Both the position numbers and the translations under genes were made by a program. Shown here in pieces: positions 1 through 9,337 of a stretch of 46,577 bases of DNA. Under the pieces are notes generated by a model that was given only the letters and a program-made list of their open reading frames with translations, made no database searches and was not told where the DNA came from. The first letter of the stretch is position 1; every line of letters begins with the position of its first letter. Source of the stretch: Leucoraja erinacea (taxonomy: Eukaryota); contig NW_026575474.1 in NCBI RefSeq assembly GCF_028641065.1, positions 1-46,577 on the forward strand. The letters run 5' to 3'.

Positions 1-1365
1 AACCCCCTACAACTAAACACGACCCACAAACCCTACCCAAATACACTATTACCCTCCAACACCCCAAAACAATACACATAAACACATATGATAACTCTCC
101 AATTACCCCTCTCCAACCCACAGTGACCCCTTCTCTGTTCTTAACTCTTATCCTCTCTACCACCTTCGCTCATCTACACTTTCCAGCGTCATACATGCCC
201 CCCCATCCCCATCTTCTCTGCCCTCCGCTCTCTCCCCCTCTCTCGTCCGCGCTCCTCCCTCCTCGCGCCCTCCCTCCCTCCCCCCCCCTCTCCCTCCTCT
301 CTCTCCCTCTTCACCTTCCCTACTCTCTTCCCTCCCGCCCCCTTATAAAACCCTTCTTGGATCTCGCTCCTCCCTCTCCTCCAACTCCTCCCCCTCTCTC
401 TCCTCCCTCTCTCCTAACTCTCCCTCCCTCTCTACTTCCTCTCCCTCCCTCCTCCAGCTCTCCCTTCTACCAACTCTCCCTCCTCCTCTCCATCCCTCCC
501 TCTCTCCTCTCCCTTACCTCCTCTCCCTCCCTCCTCCGGTTCCCTCCTGCTCTTCTATCCTCTTTCTCTCCATCTGTGCTTTCCTCTCTCCCCCATCTCC
601 CCACTCTCGCCCCCTCCCTCTTCCTATTCTCGCTCCGTCCATCCCCCTCGCCTCTCTTTCCTTCTTACCATCTGTTCCCCCCCCTCCCTCCCTCCTCCCC
701 TACTCACCTTTAGCCTCTCCCTCTCCTCCCTCCTCGCTTTTCCACCGCCACTCTCTCCCCTCCTTTCTCTCCCTCTCTCACCCTCCTCCTTCTCTCCCTC
801 TCTCGTCCCCCGGACCCTCCCTCTCTCCTGGAATCCGCTCCCTCATCCCTCCTTCTCCCCGCTCATCCCCTCTTCTTCTCCCTCCTTCTCCCTCCCTCTC
901 ACTTTTTTTGACCCCTCCCCACCTCCTCATTCCCTCTCCCTCCTCCTCCCCCTCTCCTCCTCTCCCATACGTTGTCTCCCTTCCACGTCCCCCTCTCCCT
1001 CACCTCTCTTCATTGATCCTCATTACCCTACTTTCTCTTCCCTGCCCTACCTCCCCTCATCCCTCCGCCTGACCCTGCCAGTCTACCATCTCCTCTCCCT
1101 CTCATCCCTCGGAACACCCGTCTCCTCTATTTCTCCCTCTCCCTCCCCTCCCTTCTCCCTGCCCTCTCTTCCTCGCCCTCACCATAGTCCCCCTCTTCTC
1201 ATCCCCAATTAAACTCTTCTCGTCTCTCTCGTCGCAGACTCCTCTCTCCGCATCTTCTCCCCCTCCCCCAGCGTACTCTTCATCCATCGTTCCCTTACAA
1301 TAGTCTTCCTCCGCAAACCGTACTCCTTTCCCATCCTCCCTTCTCCTCACCTCCCCTCTGCTAAA
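1..1365. repeat. Low-complexity C/T-rich (polypyrimidine) tract, probably noisy consensus
   Basis: Irregular CT/CCT runs with no stable unit; the ORFs here are Pro/Ser/Leu or Gly/Arg/Glu compositional artefacts. Confidence 0.85.
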
Positions 1366-1694
1366 CCTTCTCTGTTGAAGCAGGAAGAGAGTACTTAGTG
1401 TGGGGCCTAGTTCAGATGGCCAAATTTAGGGCTCCTCTCAAGCCCTATAGACCATAACTTAACTCAGGGCTTTGTTCCCTCTCCTATCCAAACCAAACAG
1501 GGGCACCTCCTCCCCGGATCCAAGATGGCTAACCCATTCCCACTCCCCTCTGCTCTCCTTTCTCCTCCCCCTCTCACCCTCTTCCGCAAGCGTCCACTAC
1601 CGTATATCCCCTCCCCATTGGCCCCGCTCCCCTCCCCAACCCCTGGGGCCCCTCCCCCTCTCCGTCCCCTGGCCAACTTTTGGGCCTAGTTCCT

Positions 1695-2275
1695 CTCGGC
1701 GGAGGTAGCCCAGGAGCGGGACACAGGGAGCTGGAAGTTTCACGCTTAACCCGGGATATATGGAAGGTGGGGTGAATACACATAGACCGGGACAGTCTAA
1801 GGCGGACAGCAGAGCGGTTGATGACTCTGAGAACAATGAATGGACCAATAAACCGGGCGCCAACTTACTGGACTCGACGCGGAGGACGAGGTCTCGGGTG
1901 GACAGGCAGAGCCTCTGCCCAGGGCGGTAGCGAGGGACAGGGATCCGGTGATGATCCGCCCGCCGTCTATTCCTGGAAGCGGTGCGGAGCAGAACAGAAC
2001 GGGCCTCCCTCCAGGTCTGACGACCGCGGCGCACAAACCGCTGGGCAGAGGGAACGGAGACCTTCTCCTCTTGGTCTGTGAACAGAGGTGGCGGGTAACC
2101 TCTGGAGCAGTGGGATGGAGACAGACCGGTGGTAGAACTGGGCCGGGAATTGTGGACATGTTCAATCCATACCAGCTTACTGGACCAGGAGGTAGGATTG
2201 GCGGACACCGGGCAACGTAGAGAGGTCTCTGGGTCCTGCTTGTCTCTCTCCGGCTGGACATTAGATTGTGGATGG
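1695..2275 (-). mobile_element. Ty3/Gypsy (Sushi/Tf2-like) LTR retrotransposon integrase C-terminal fragment, degenerate
   Basis: ORF 1597-2346 reads ...WSSKLVWIEHVHNSRPSSTTGLSP...GYPPPLF...[25 protein letters not shown]. After a frameshift, ORF 1574-1783 gives [11 protein letters not shown]. These are the integrase core end and GPF/Y-domain motifs. No chromodomain follows. Confidence 0.85.
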
Positions 2276-2760
2276 AACATAGACGTAGAAACATAGAAAA
2301 TAGGTGCAGGAGTAGGCCATTCGGCCCTTCGAGGCTGCACCGCCATGCAATATGATCATGGCTGATCATCCAACTCAGTATCCTGTACCTGCCTTCTCTC
2401 CATACCCCCTGATCCCCTTTAGCCACAAGGGCCACATCTAACTCCCTCTTAAATATAGCAAATGAACTGGCCTCAACAACCTTCAGTGGCAGAGAGTTCC
2501 ACAGATTCACGACTCTCTGTGTAAAAAATGATTTCCTCATCTCGGTCCTAAAAAACTTCCCTCTTATCCATAAACTGTGACCCCTAGTTCTGGACTTCCC
2601 CAACATCGGAAACAATCTTCCTGCGTCTAGCCTGTCCAACCCGTTAAGAATTTTGTAAGTTTCTATAAGATCCCCCCTCAATCTTCTAAATTCCAAGCGA
2701 ATACAAGCCGAGTCTATCCAGTCTATGTTCATATGAAAGTCCTGCCAATCCAGAAGAGAG
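2275..2760 (-). mobile_element. CR1-clade LINE 3' end, 5'-truncated
   Basis: LEFRRLRGDLIETYKIL...RTRGHSL...FFTQRVVNLWNSLP ORF2 C-terminus, 3'UTR and a (TTTCTATG)n-type tail near 2275-2300. Very similar to the 3' end of the + strand CR1 at 25900-26357. Confidence 0.95.
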
Positions 2761-2810
2761 GCTGACGGAGGAGCCAACTAGGGAGCAGAAAGCTTTCCAG
2801 ATACAAGACC

Positions 2811-2970
2811 GAAGATAGACACAAAATGCTGGAGTAACTGATCCGTTCAAGCAGCGTCTGTGGAGAGAAGGAATGACGGACGCTTCGGGTCGACACCGTC
2901 TGAAGAAGAGTCTCGACCCGAAACATCACCCATTCCTTCTCTCCAGAGATGCTGCCTGGCCCGCTAAGTT
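2811..2970. mobile_element. Short Penelope-derived palindromic terminal element with a hammerhead-ribozyme-like core
   Basis: Imperfect inverted arms 2851-2895 and 2910-2955. Motif CTGAAGA-A-gagtc-tc-gaccc-GAAAC-ATC at 2900-2927. Homologous to the Penelope terminus at 9340-9440. Confidence 0.75.
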
Positions 2971-3372
2971 AAGGGCCTGTCCCACGAGCATGCGACTGCA
3001 TGCGGCTAGCGCGACCTAACGTGGTCGCTTGAGCCGTACGACGTCGCGGGGCCGGTCCCACTTCGGTCGCCGGAGCCGTATGGAATTGTGCGGAGCTGGT
3101 CCCGACATCCGAAACACTGACACTGTCGAAAAACCCCGCGCGCGAACGGCCTGACGGCCCGCAGCGTCTTGACGGCGTAGGCAGCGTCTTGACGGCGTAG
3201 GCAGCGTCTTGACGGCGTACGTCTAGCGCGTGGCGTTGCGCGATGACGTAACGCTCGACGCCGTGGGACGTCCAAATCCAGTCGGCCCGCCTCCTGCCCA
3301 GCTGATTGGTGAGGATGACGTCGGCACCAGCTCCAGACGGCTCCGCGGTTGGAAGTGGGACCGGCCCCGCGA
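2971..3372. mobile_element. PIF/Harbinger-type non-autonomous element (MITE), right outer end missing
   Basis: Begins GGGCCTGTCCCAC directly after TTA/TAA and interrupts the Penelope-derived element. Perfect 21-bp inverted repeat TCGCGGGGCCGGTCCCACTTC at 3044-3064 and 3352-3372. Internal 20-bp unit GCAGCGTCTTGACGGCGTAG x3 at 3161-3220. Confidence 0.7.
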
Positions 3373-3479
3373 GGATGTCCCGGCACCTTCCCCACCCCCT
3401 CCCCCGGCGTGTCCACACTGCCCCTCCCCCTGGTTGTGATCCCTCAGCCACCCAATCGCCGTGAGCCCCCACTCCCAAC

Positions 3480-3975
3480 GTCAGTGAACCCCCCCCATCT
3501 CTCAATCCCCGTAACACCCCCCCCCCCCCATCTCCGTGACCCTACCACCCCCCCCCAATCCCAGTGACCCCCCTCACCCCCCAATCCCAGTGACCCCCCC
3601 CCAAATCCCAGTGACCCCCCCCCCCCAATCTCCGTGACCCCCCACCCCCCAATCCCAGTGACACCCCAATCCCAGTGACCCCCCCCCCTCACACCCCCAA
3701 CCCCAGTGACCTCCCACCCCCCAATCCCAGTGACCCCCCCCCCCCCCATCTCCCAATGACCCCCCACCTCCCAATCTCCCGTGACCCACATCCCCAACCC
3801 CCCGTGACCCCCCATCCCCGTGGTGGTGCCCCCCCATCAATCTCCGTGACCCCCCACCCCCCCCCCCCCCAAACCCCCCATCCCAGACCCCCCATCCCCC
3901 AATCCCCGTGAACCCCCCCACCCCCCAACCCCCCGGACTCCCCACCCCATTCATCGTGACCCCCCCCCCCCCGTG
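3480..3975. repeat. C-rich degenerate minisatellite (CCCAATCCCAGTGACCCC-like)
   Basis: Repeated CCAATC(C/T)C(A/C)GTGACC units separated by variable C runs. Confidence 0.85.
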
Positions 3976-4279
3976 ACCACAAGCAGCCACGGAAAAAAAA
4001 GCAGCCCCGAGAACACCCACCCCCAATTTAGTGATTGAACATTTATGTGGCGACAGTGAAGCAGTGACACCCCATCACAATCCCCCCCAAGCAAAGAATC
4101 ACATTCCCTGAACCCCCCCCCCCCCACACGCCCCCCCCCCCCCCCCCCCCCACCCCCCCCCCCCCCCCCCCCCCCGCCCCCACCCCCCCCCCCCTCCCCA
4201 CCCCCAAACCCCGTGACCCCACCCCCCCAAACCCCGTGACCCCCCCCCCACCCCCACAAGCCCCCACGGACAAAACAGC

Positions 4280-4846
4280 TGGAGAAACACACTGGATTTT
4301 ATTGAACCGACCCAGTGAAGCCCCACCCCCCCCCCCCAAAGACCACCACAACCCCATCCCACATTCCCCCCCCTCCCCCCCCCCCCCCCCCCCCCTGTCC
4401 ACGGTGGATGTGACGTCACAACGCCAGGAACCCCCCCACTCCGTCTCCGTCTCCGTCTCCGTCTCCGGGCCTTGGGTCAACCAGCGCTGCAACCAGCTGT
4501 GATTCATTCCCACCAGATGTTGATCGGGACTGCCCCCCCCCCCCCCGAACCCCGTCATTACAGGAACATTACGGGCAGCAGCAGCCCCCCTCCCCCCCCA
4601 GTGCAGTCAGTAAATGAGCAGCGACCCACAGAGCGAAGCGCAAAGTCCAAATCACCAAATCAGCTGTAGATGCGCTCATTGTTCACCCATCCCCCCCCCC
4701 CCCCCACCATTACACCCCCCCCCAATCCCCCGTGACCCCCCAATCCCGTGACCCCCCATCCCCCACACAGCAGAAACCCCGCCAACATGTTCCGCTCTCC
4801 ACCGACGCTCCTGCACCGGCGGCGGCGGCGGCGGCACACGGCGACC
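4280..4846 (-). other. Putative non-coding 3'UTR terminal exon of the MHC class I gene
   Basis: Strong acceptor ctctctgtctgtctgtctcccccag (AG at 4848-4847). AATAAA on the minus strand at 4303-4298, followed by a GT/T-rich tract. The preceding exon has a donor 1 nt after its stop codon. Confidence 0.55.
4298..4303 (-). terminator. Putative polyadenylation signal AATAAA
   Basis: TTTATT on the + strand, with a downstream TGTGTTT/TGTTTTGT element on the minus strand. Confidence 0.55.
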
Positions 4847-5499
4847 CTGGGGGAGACAGACAGACAGAGAGACGGAGAGAGAGAGTTGGTTACAGAGCGA
4901 CACAAGCCCACCCGTGTAGCAGTAGTACTGACCCCCCCCCCCCCTGCCGGCAATACACTACCCCCCAGCACCACAGGACAGTACAGCACAACAACAGGCC
5001 CTCCGGCCCACAATGTCTGTGCCGACCATGCTGCCGACACCAACTATCTGTCTGCGCGTCACCTCCCCCCCCGCTCCCCGCATGTCCACGTGTCCATCCA
5101 CAAGTCTATTTAATGTCACTGTCGTGTCTGTGTCGCCCCCCCCCCATCCCCTCAATTATCAGCAATAAAACCACCCCCCCCCCCCCCCCCCGGATTAACT
5201 GCCCCGCCCCCCGGGAAAACCCACCCCCCCTCACTGGATATGATCCCCCCCCCCCAACACACACACACACACCGCTAGCATAACATAACCCCCCCCCCCC
5301 CCCCCACCCCACACATACAAACGCACGGTAGCCCCTCCCCTCGCAACGGGGCATTAAACCCACAGCTCCCCGCCGGGATACCCCCCCCTTCCCCGGTGAT
5401 AAAACCCCCCCCCCCCACGGGAATGATATCCACGACCCCCTCCCTCCAGCAGAATAAACGCCACCCCCACAGGGTTTGCGGGGGGTCCCAGTTCCTACC

Positions 5500-5546
5500 T
5501 CAGGCTGGAGCAGAGGAGTTTGATGAGTTTTCCCCGCGCTCCGAGG
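5500..5546 (-). CDS. MHC class I heavy chain, cytoplasmic exon 2: (T)SERGENSSNSSAPA*
   Basis: Acceptor ccttccctccgcag, phase 1. TGA at 5502-5500, then G|gtagga donor. The Ser-rich tail resembles cartilaginous-fish class I C-termini. Confidence 0.85.
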
Positions 5547-5604
5547 CTGCGGAGGGAAGGAGCGACGTTACACGTCAACTGGCGACGCCGTGGGTGCAGT
5601 GAGG

Positions 5605-6020
5605 CGCGGACAGACGGACACGCGCACACACACGAGCACGGGGACACAGGGACTCGCACGGACACGTACACGTGGCGGGGACGCGCACAGACGGTCACAG
5701 CGCAGACACGTGGACAGATACGCAAGGGTCACACTGACGCGCACAAAAATACACGGACACACACGGACACGCGCAGACATACACGGACACGCGCACACAC
5801 GGACACGCGACACACACGGACAGACACACACGGACACGCGCAGACACACACGGACACGCGACACACACGCGCACACACACGGACACGCGCAGACACACAC
5901 GGACACGCGCAGACACACACGGACACACGCGCAGACACACACGGACACGCGCACAGACACACACGGACACGGGCAGACACACACACGGAAACGCGCAGAC
6001 ACACAAGGACACAGACACAG
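5605..6020. repeat. Intronic ~20-bp minisatellite (CAGACACACACGGACACGCG)n
   Basis: Visible tandem units between the two cytoplasmic exons. Confidence 0.9.
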
Positions 6021-6027
6021 TACTTAC

Positions 6028-6057
6028 TGTTGGTGGCATTGTAGCCGCTGTTCCCCG
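6028..6057 (-). CDS. MHC class I heavy chain, cytoplasmic micro-exon 1 (30 nt): (A)GNSGYNATN
   Basis: Acceptor ctgtctctgtgttttacag and donor gtaagt, phase 1-1. Carries the conserved class I cytoplasmic Tyr (GYNA). Confidence 0.87.
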
Positions 6058-6164
6058 CTGTAAAACACAGAGACAGTTGTCAACCCTCAGCTCTCAACCC
6101 AATCACACAGCGGACACGGGCTGGGCTGTGACTGGGAAGAGTGGGACAGGCAGCAGCTCAGGGC

Positions 6165-6910
6165 TGGGCCCGGCCCCAACACCCACACCGGCCCCCAGTC
6201 CCACCCCACACCCACACCGGCCCCCACACCGACACCCACACCGCCCCCCACACCGGCCCCCGCCCCCACACCGGCCCCCGCTCGCACACCGGCCCCCACA
6301 CCCACACCGGCCCCGACACCCACACCGGCCCCCACACCTACACACGGCCCCCGACCCCACACCGGCGCCCACACCCACACCGGCGCCCACACCCACACCG
6401 GCCCCCGCTCGCACACCGGCCCCCCGCTCGCACCCCGGCGCCCACACCCACACCGGCCCCCACACCCACACACCGGCCCCCACACCCACACCGGCCCCAC
6501 ACCCACCACCGGCCCCCACACCCACACACCGGCCCCCACACCCCACACCGGCCCCCACACCCACACCGGCCCCCACCACCCACACCGGCGCCCACACCCA
6601 CACCCACACCCACACCCACACCGGCGCCCACACCTACACCCACACCGGCCCCCACACCCACACCGGCCCCCACACCCACCACACCGGCCCCACACACACA
6701 CACCGGCCCCCACACCCACACCGGCCCCCACACCCACACCGGCCCCCACACCCACACCGGCCCCCACACCCACACCGGCCCCCACACCCACACTGGCCCC
6801 CCACACCACCACCGGCCCCCACACCCACACCGTCCCCCACACCCACACCGGCGCCCACACCCACACAGCCCCGACATCGGTTCCCCACACCCACACCGGC
6901 TCCGACGACA
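6165..6910. repeat. Intronic ~18-bp minisatellite (CACCGGCCCCCACACCCA)n
   Basis: Dozens of tandem units; they explain the PTPAPT/HRPP/GAGVGV ORFs in all six frames. Confidence 0.92.
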
Positions 6911-7747
6911 CCCGCACAGAGATGGCCCGGGGGATGGGGAGGGGGGGGGAGGCGGGGTGAGGGAGAGTGAGGGGGAAACGGGGGGGGAGGTGGAGGAAAC
7001 TCAGGGAAGGGGATGGAGGGGGAGGGGAAGGACGGGGTCGGAGGCGATGGGGGAGGGAGAGAAAGAGGGGGAGGGAGGTGGGAAGAGGGTGGTGAGGACC
7101 GGGAGAGAGGTGAGATGGAGGGGGAGATGGAGGGGTAGGCGTGAGTGTGGGGCAGATTGAGTTGTACTCGGTGTTTCCGCTGGGTCAGGCCACGGGGGTG
7201 GAGGTGCCCGGAGGATGATGCAGACACATGCGGCGGGCGGGAGGTCACGTTGACCCGGGGCAGAGCTGCGGTTTGAGGGAGGAGGATTGGAGAATAATCC
7301 CCCCTCCCCCGGGGGCTGCAATGTGTTTGCGCTGCACGAGGGGTGGGGGAGCAGAGACTCTCAGCCCGATGGATGTCCGGCCCGGAGCTGCCAGGCAGAG
7401 AACCAGCGGCCCAGAGCCGGCAAATGGGAGCAATGTCCACGGGCCCCTGACGGGCAGACACGGACACGGTGGGCCGAAGGGCCTGATACTGTGTTGTCTG
7501 GACCCCCCCCGTGTGCTCCTACCCCCACGTGGCAGAAGGGGGCGGGCGGAGAGAGGTTGAGACGGGAGTCTGGGGAGGGAGCGGGGAGGAGACGGGAGAC
7601 AGAGGAAACAACGTGACGTCTTGTATCAGAAGAGTCGGGGGTCAGGGGGAGGGTGAAGGTCGTAGTTCGGGGGCAGGTTGAGGTACATGGGTCGGGGGGG
7701 GGAGTTGAGGAGAGGACGCCCCTCCAATGTCTCCCCCCCACTCCTAC

Positions 7748-7855
7748 CTTGTTTCTTCTTCCAGTAGAGGACTCCCCCCACGACAGCGGCCACCACCAGC
7801 ACCAGGACAACGAGCACCAGGACAATGGTCATCACGGTGATGCCCGACTTGCGGA
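7748..7855 (-). CDS. MHC class I heavy chain, connecting peptide/transmembrane exon: (F)RKSGITVMTIVLVLVVLVLVVAAVVGGVLYWKKKQ
   Basis: 108 nt, phase 1-1, cag| acceptor and G|gtagga donor. Hydrophobic span followed by a basic stop-transfer KKK. Confidence 0.88.
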
Positions 7856-8195
7856 CTGTCCCAGATTCACAAACACAGGCGGATGAGAGACAGAGACCGG
7901 GTCACGCATACCCCTCTTCTCCCCCAATCATCCTTCCCGAAGTCTCACTCACCCCCCTCCCCGTTCTCTCCCCCTCATCTCCCTCCCGAGCTGCTTCCCT
8001 CCGCAACCACCTGCCCTGAGCGCTACCCCACTCCTCCTCACCAACTCTCTCACCCTCCGCCCATCTCATACCCCCCCCCTCCCTCCAATCTCCCGCTCTC
8101 CCCCTCCCTCACCCATCCTCTATTTCCTAACCCTCCCCTTCCCTCTCTCCGATCTCCCGCTTCCCCCTCACCCCCCGCTCCCGCCCTCCACTCAC

Positions 8196-8459
8196 ACAGG
8201 AAGACCTCGAGGGGCTCGGACAGCCCCGGGTGCTCCACACGACAGGAGGGCGGGGCCGTGTCCCCGGGCTCCACGTGGGCCCAGCGGCGCTGCTGGAAGG
8301 TGCCGTCCTGGTTGGGCAGCGTCCCGTGGGAGCGGCTCTCATCCAGGACCAGGCCGTCCCGCACCAGGTTCACCTCGATGGAGCACGAGTAGAAGCCCGT
8401 GATGAAACAACAAACGCGGCTCCCATACCCCGACAGGAAGATGCTCACCTCCGGCTGAA
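8196..8459 (-). CDS. MHC class I heavy chain alpha3 (Ig C1-set) exon
   Basis: 264 nt, phase 1-1, ctctccccacag acceptor and gtgagt donor. Reads QPEVSIFL...CFITGFYSCSIEVNLVRDG...GTLPNQDGTFQQRRWAHVEP...SCRVEHPGLSEPL, with the C-x3-GFY, PNxDGTFQ and CxVEH signatures. Confidence 0.93.
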
Positions 8460-8789
8460 CTGTGGGGAGAGGCTCAGTGAGGGGGAGACAGTGAGGGGGG
8501 TGGGGGGGGGGGGGGGGGGGGTGTGAGTGGGGGGACAGTGAGGGAGGGGGGGGGGTGAGGGGGGCAGTGAGGGGGAGACAGTGATGGGGGGGAAGTGAGG
8601 GGTGACAGTGAATGAGGGACAGTGAGGGGGACAGTGGGGGGACAGGATGGCCCGATTAGAGCAAAGGGCAGGTTGGCAGGTTTGGGGAACCCTGGCCGAT
8701 GAGCAATTATATTGAGGTTCTGGAAAAGAAAAAGATGGCACCCTACAGGTTTAGGTAGTCGAGATGAAATTAATCACTCGCCGAGAAGC

Positions 8790-9330
8790 GTGGGAGTAAA
8801 TCTAAGTGGGAAATCCCGAGGGCATAAGGAAAGTATTAGATGGATCTGGCAGTCCAGGTAAAGGAACATTCCAAGAGATTCCACAGGTATATTGAGTGTA
8901 AAATGGTGCCCAACGTGTGAAAAGGTCCCTTTAAAGATCAGTGTGGCTATTTCTGTGTGGAGGCAAATATATGTGAGATTGTAAATAAATATCTCATCAG
9001 TTTTTACTGTATAAAATCATGGAAGCTGAGGAATTAAGACAAATGGGCTGTGATGTATTGGGCCATACACACATTTCCAAAGAGGATGTCTTGGTGGTCC
9101 TAAAGCACATTAGAGTAGCTCAAACCCCAGGGCCTGACCAGGCGGGAATATTTAAAAACCGGCAGTTGGAGGTGAGAGTCAACGTGAGGCTTGAACAGCG
9201 ATTAAAAGGAGGGCAGGCTCAATCGGAGCAGCCATTTTGGGGTGCTGCTGTAGATCAAAGTGTGGTTTTGCTCAGTTCTCGGAGGTGGCCAAGCAGCACA
9301 CAGGCTAGGGCAAGGATGGTCACTTCTCAT
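8790..9330 (+). mobile_element. Old degenerate CR1 fragments
   Basis: EDVLVVLKHIRVAQTPGPDQ resembles the CR1 ORF2 KVDKSPGPD region. Confidence 0.55.
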
Positions 9331-9337
9331 TTCCATC

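Noticed and set aside
123-1350. Pro/Ser/Leu-rich and Gly/Arg-rich ORFs
   Set aside because: Low-complexity, probably low-quality sequence.
1597-2777. ORFs of 249 and 326 aa as single genes
   Set aside because: They are chance read-throughs across a CR1 3' end and a Gypsy integrase relic.
3161-3220. 20-bp direct repeats as a possible CRISPR or iteron array
   Set aside because: Head-to-tail with no spacers, inside a MITE.
6077-7160. Long ORFs of 276-339 aa (PTPAPT, HTGP, GAGVGV repeats)
   Set aside because: They are translations of an 18-bp intronic minisatellite that is open in all frames, with no independent coding evidence.
8196-8459. Ig/TCR constant domain or MHC class II beta2 as alternative identity
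   Set aside because: The TM lacks the class II glycine pattern and the TCR charged residues, and the two cytoplasmic exons with GYNA and a Ser-rich end fit class I.
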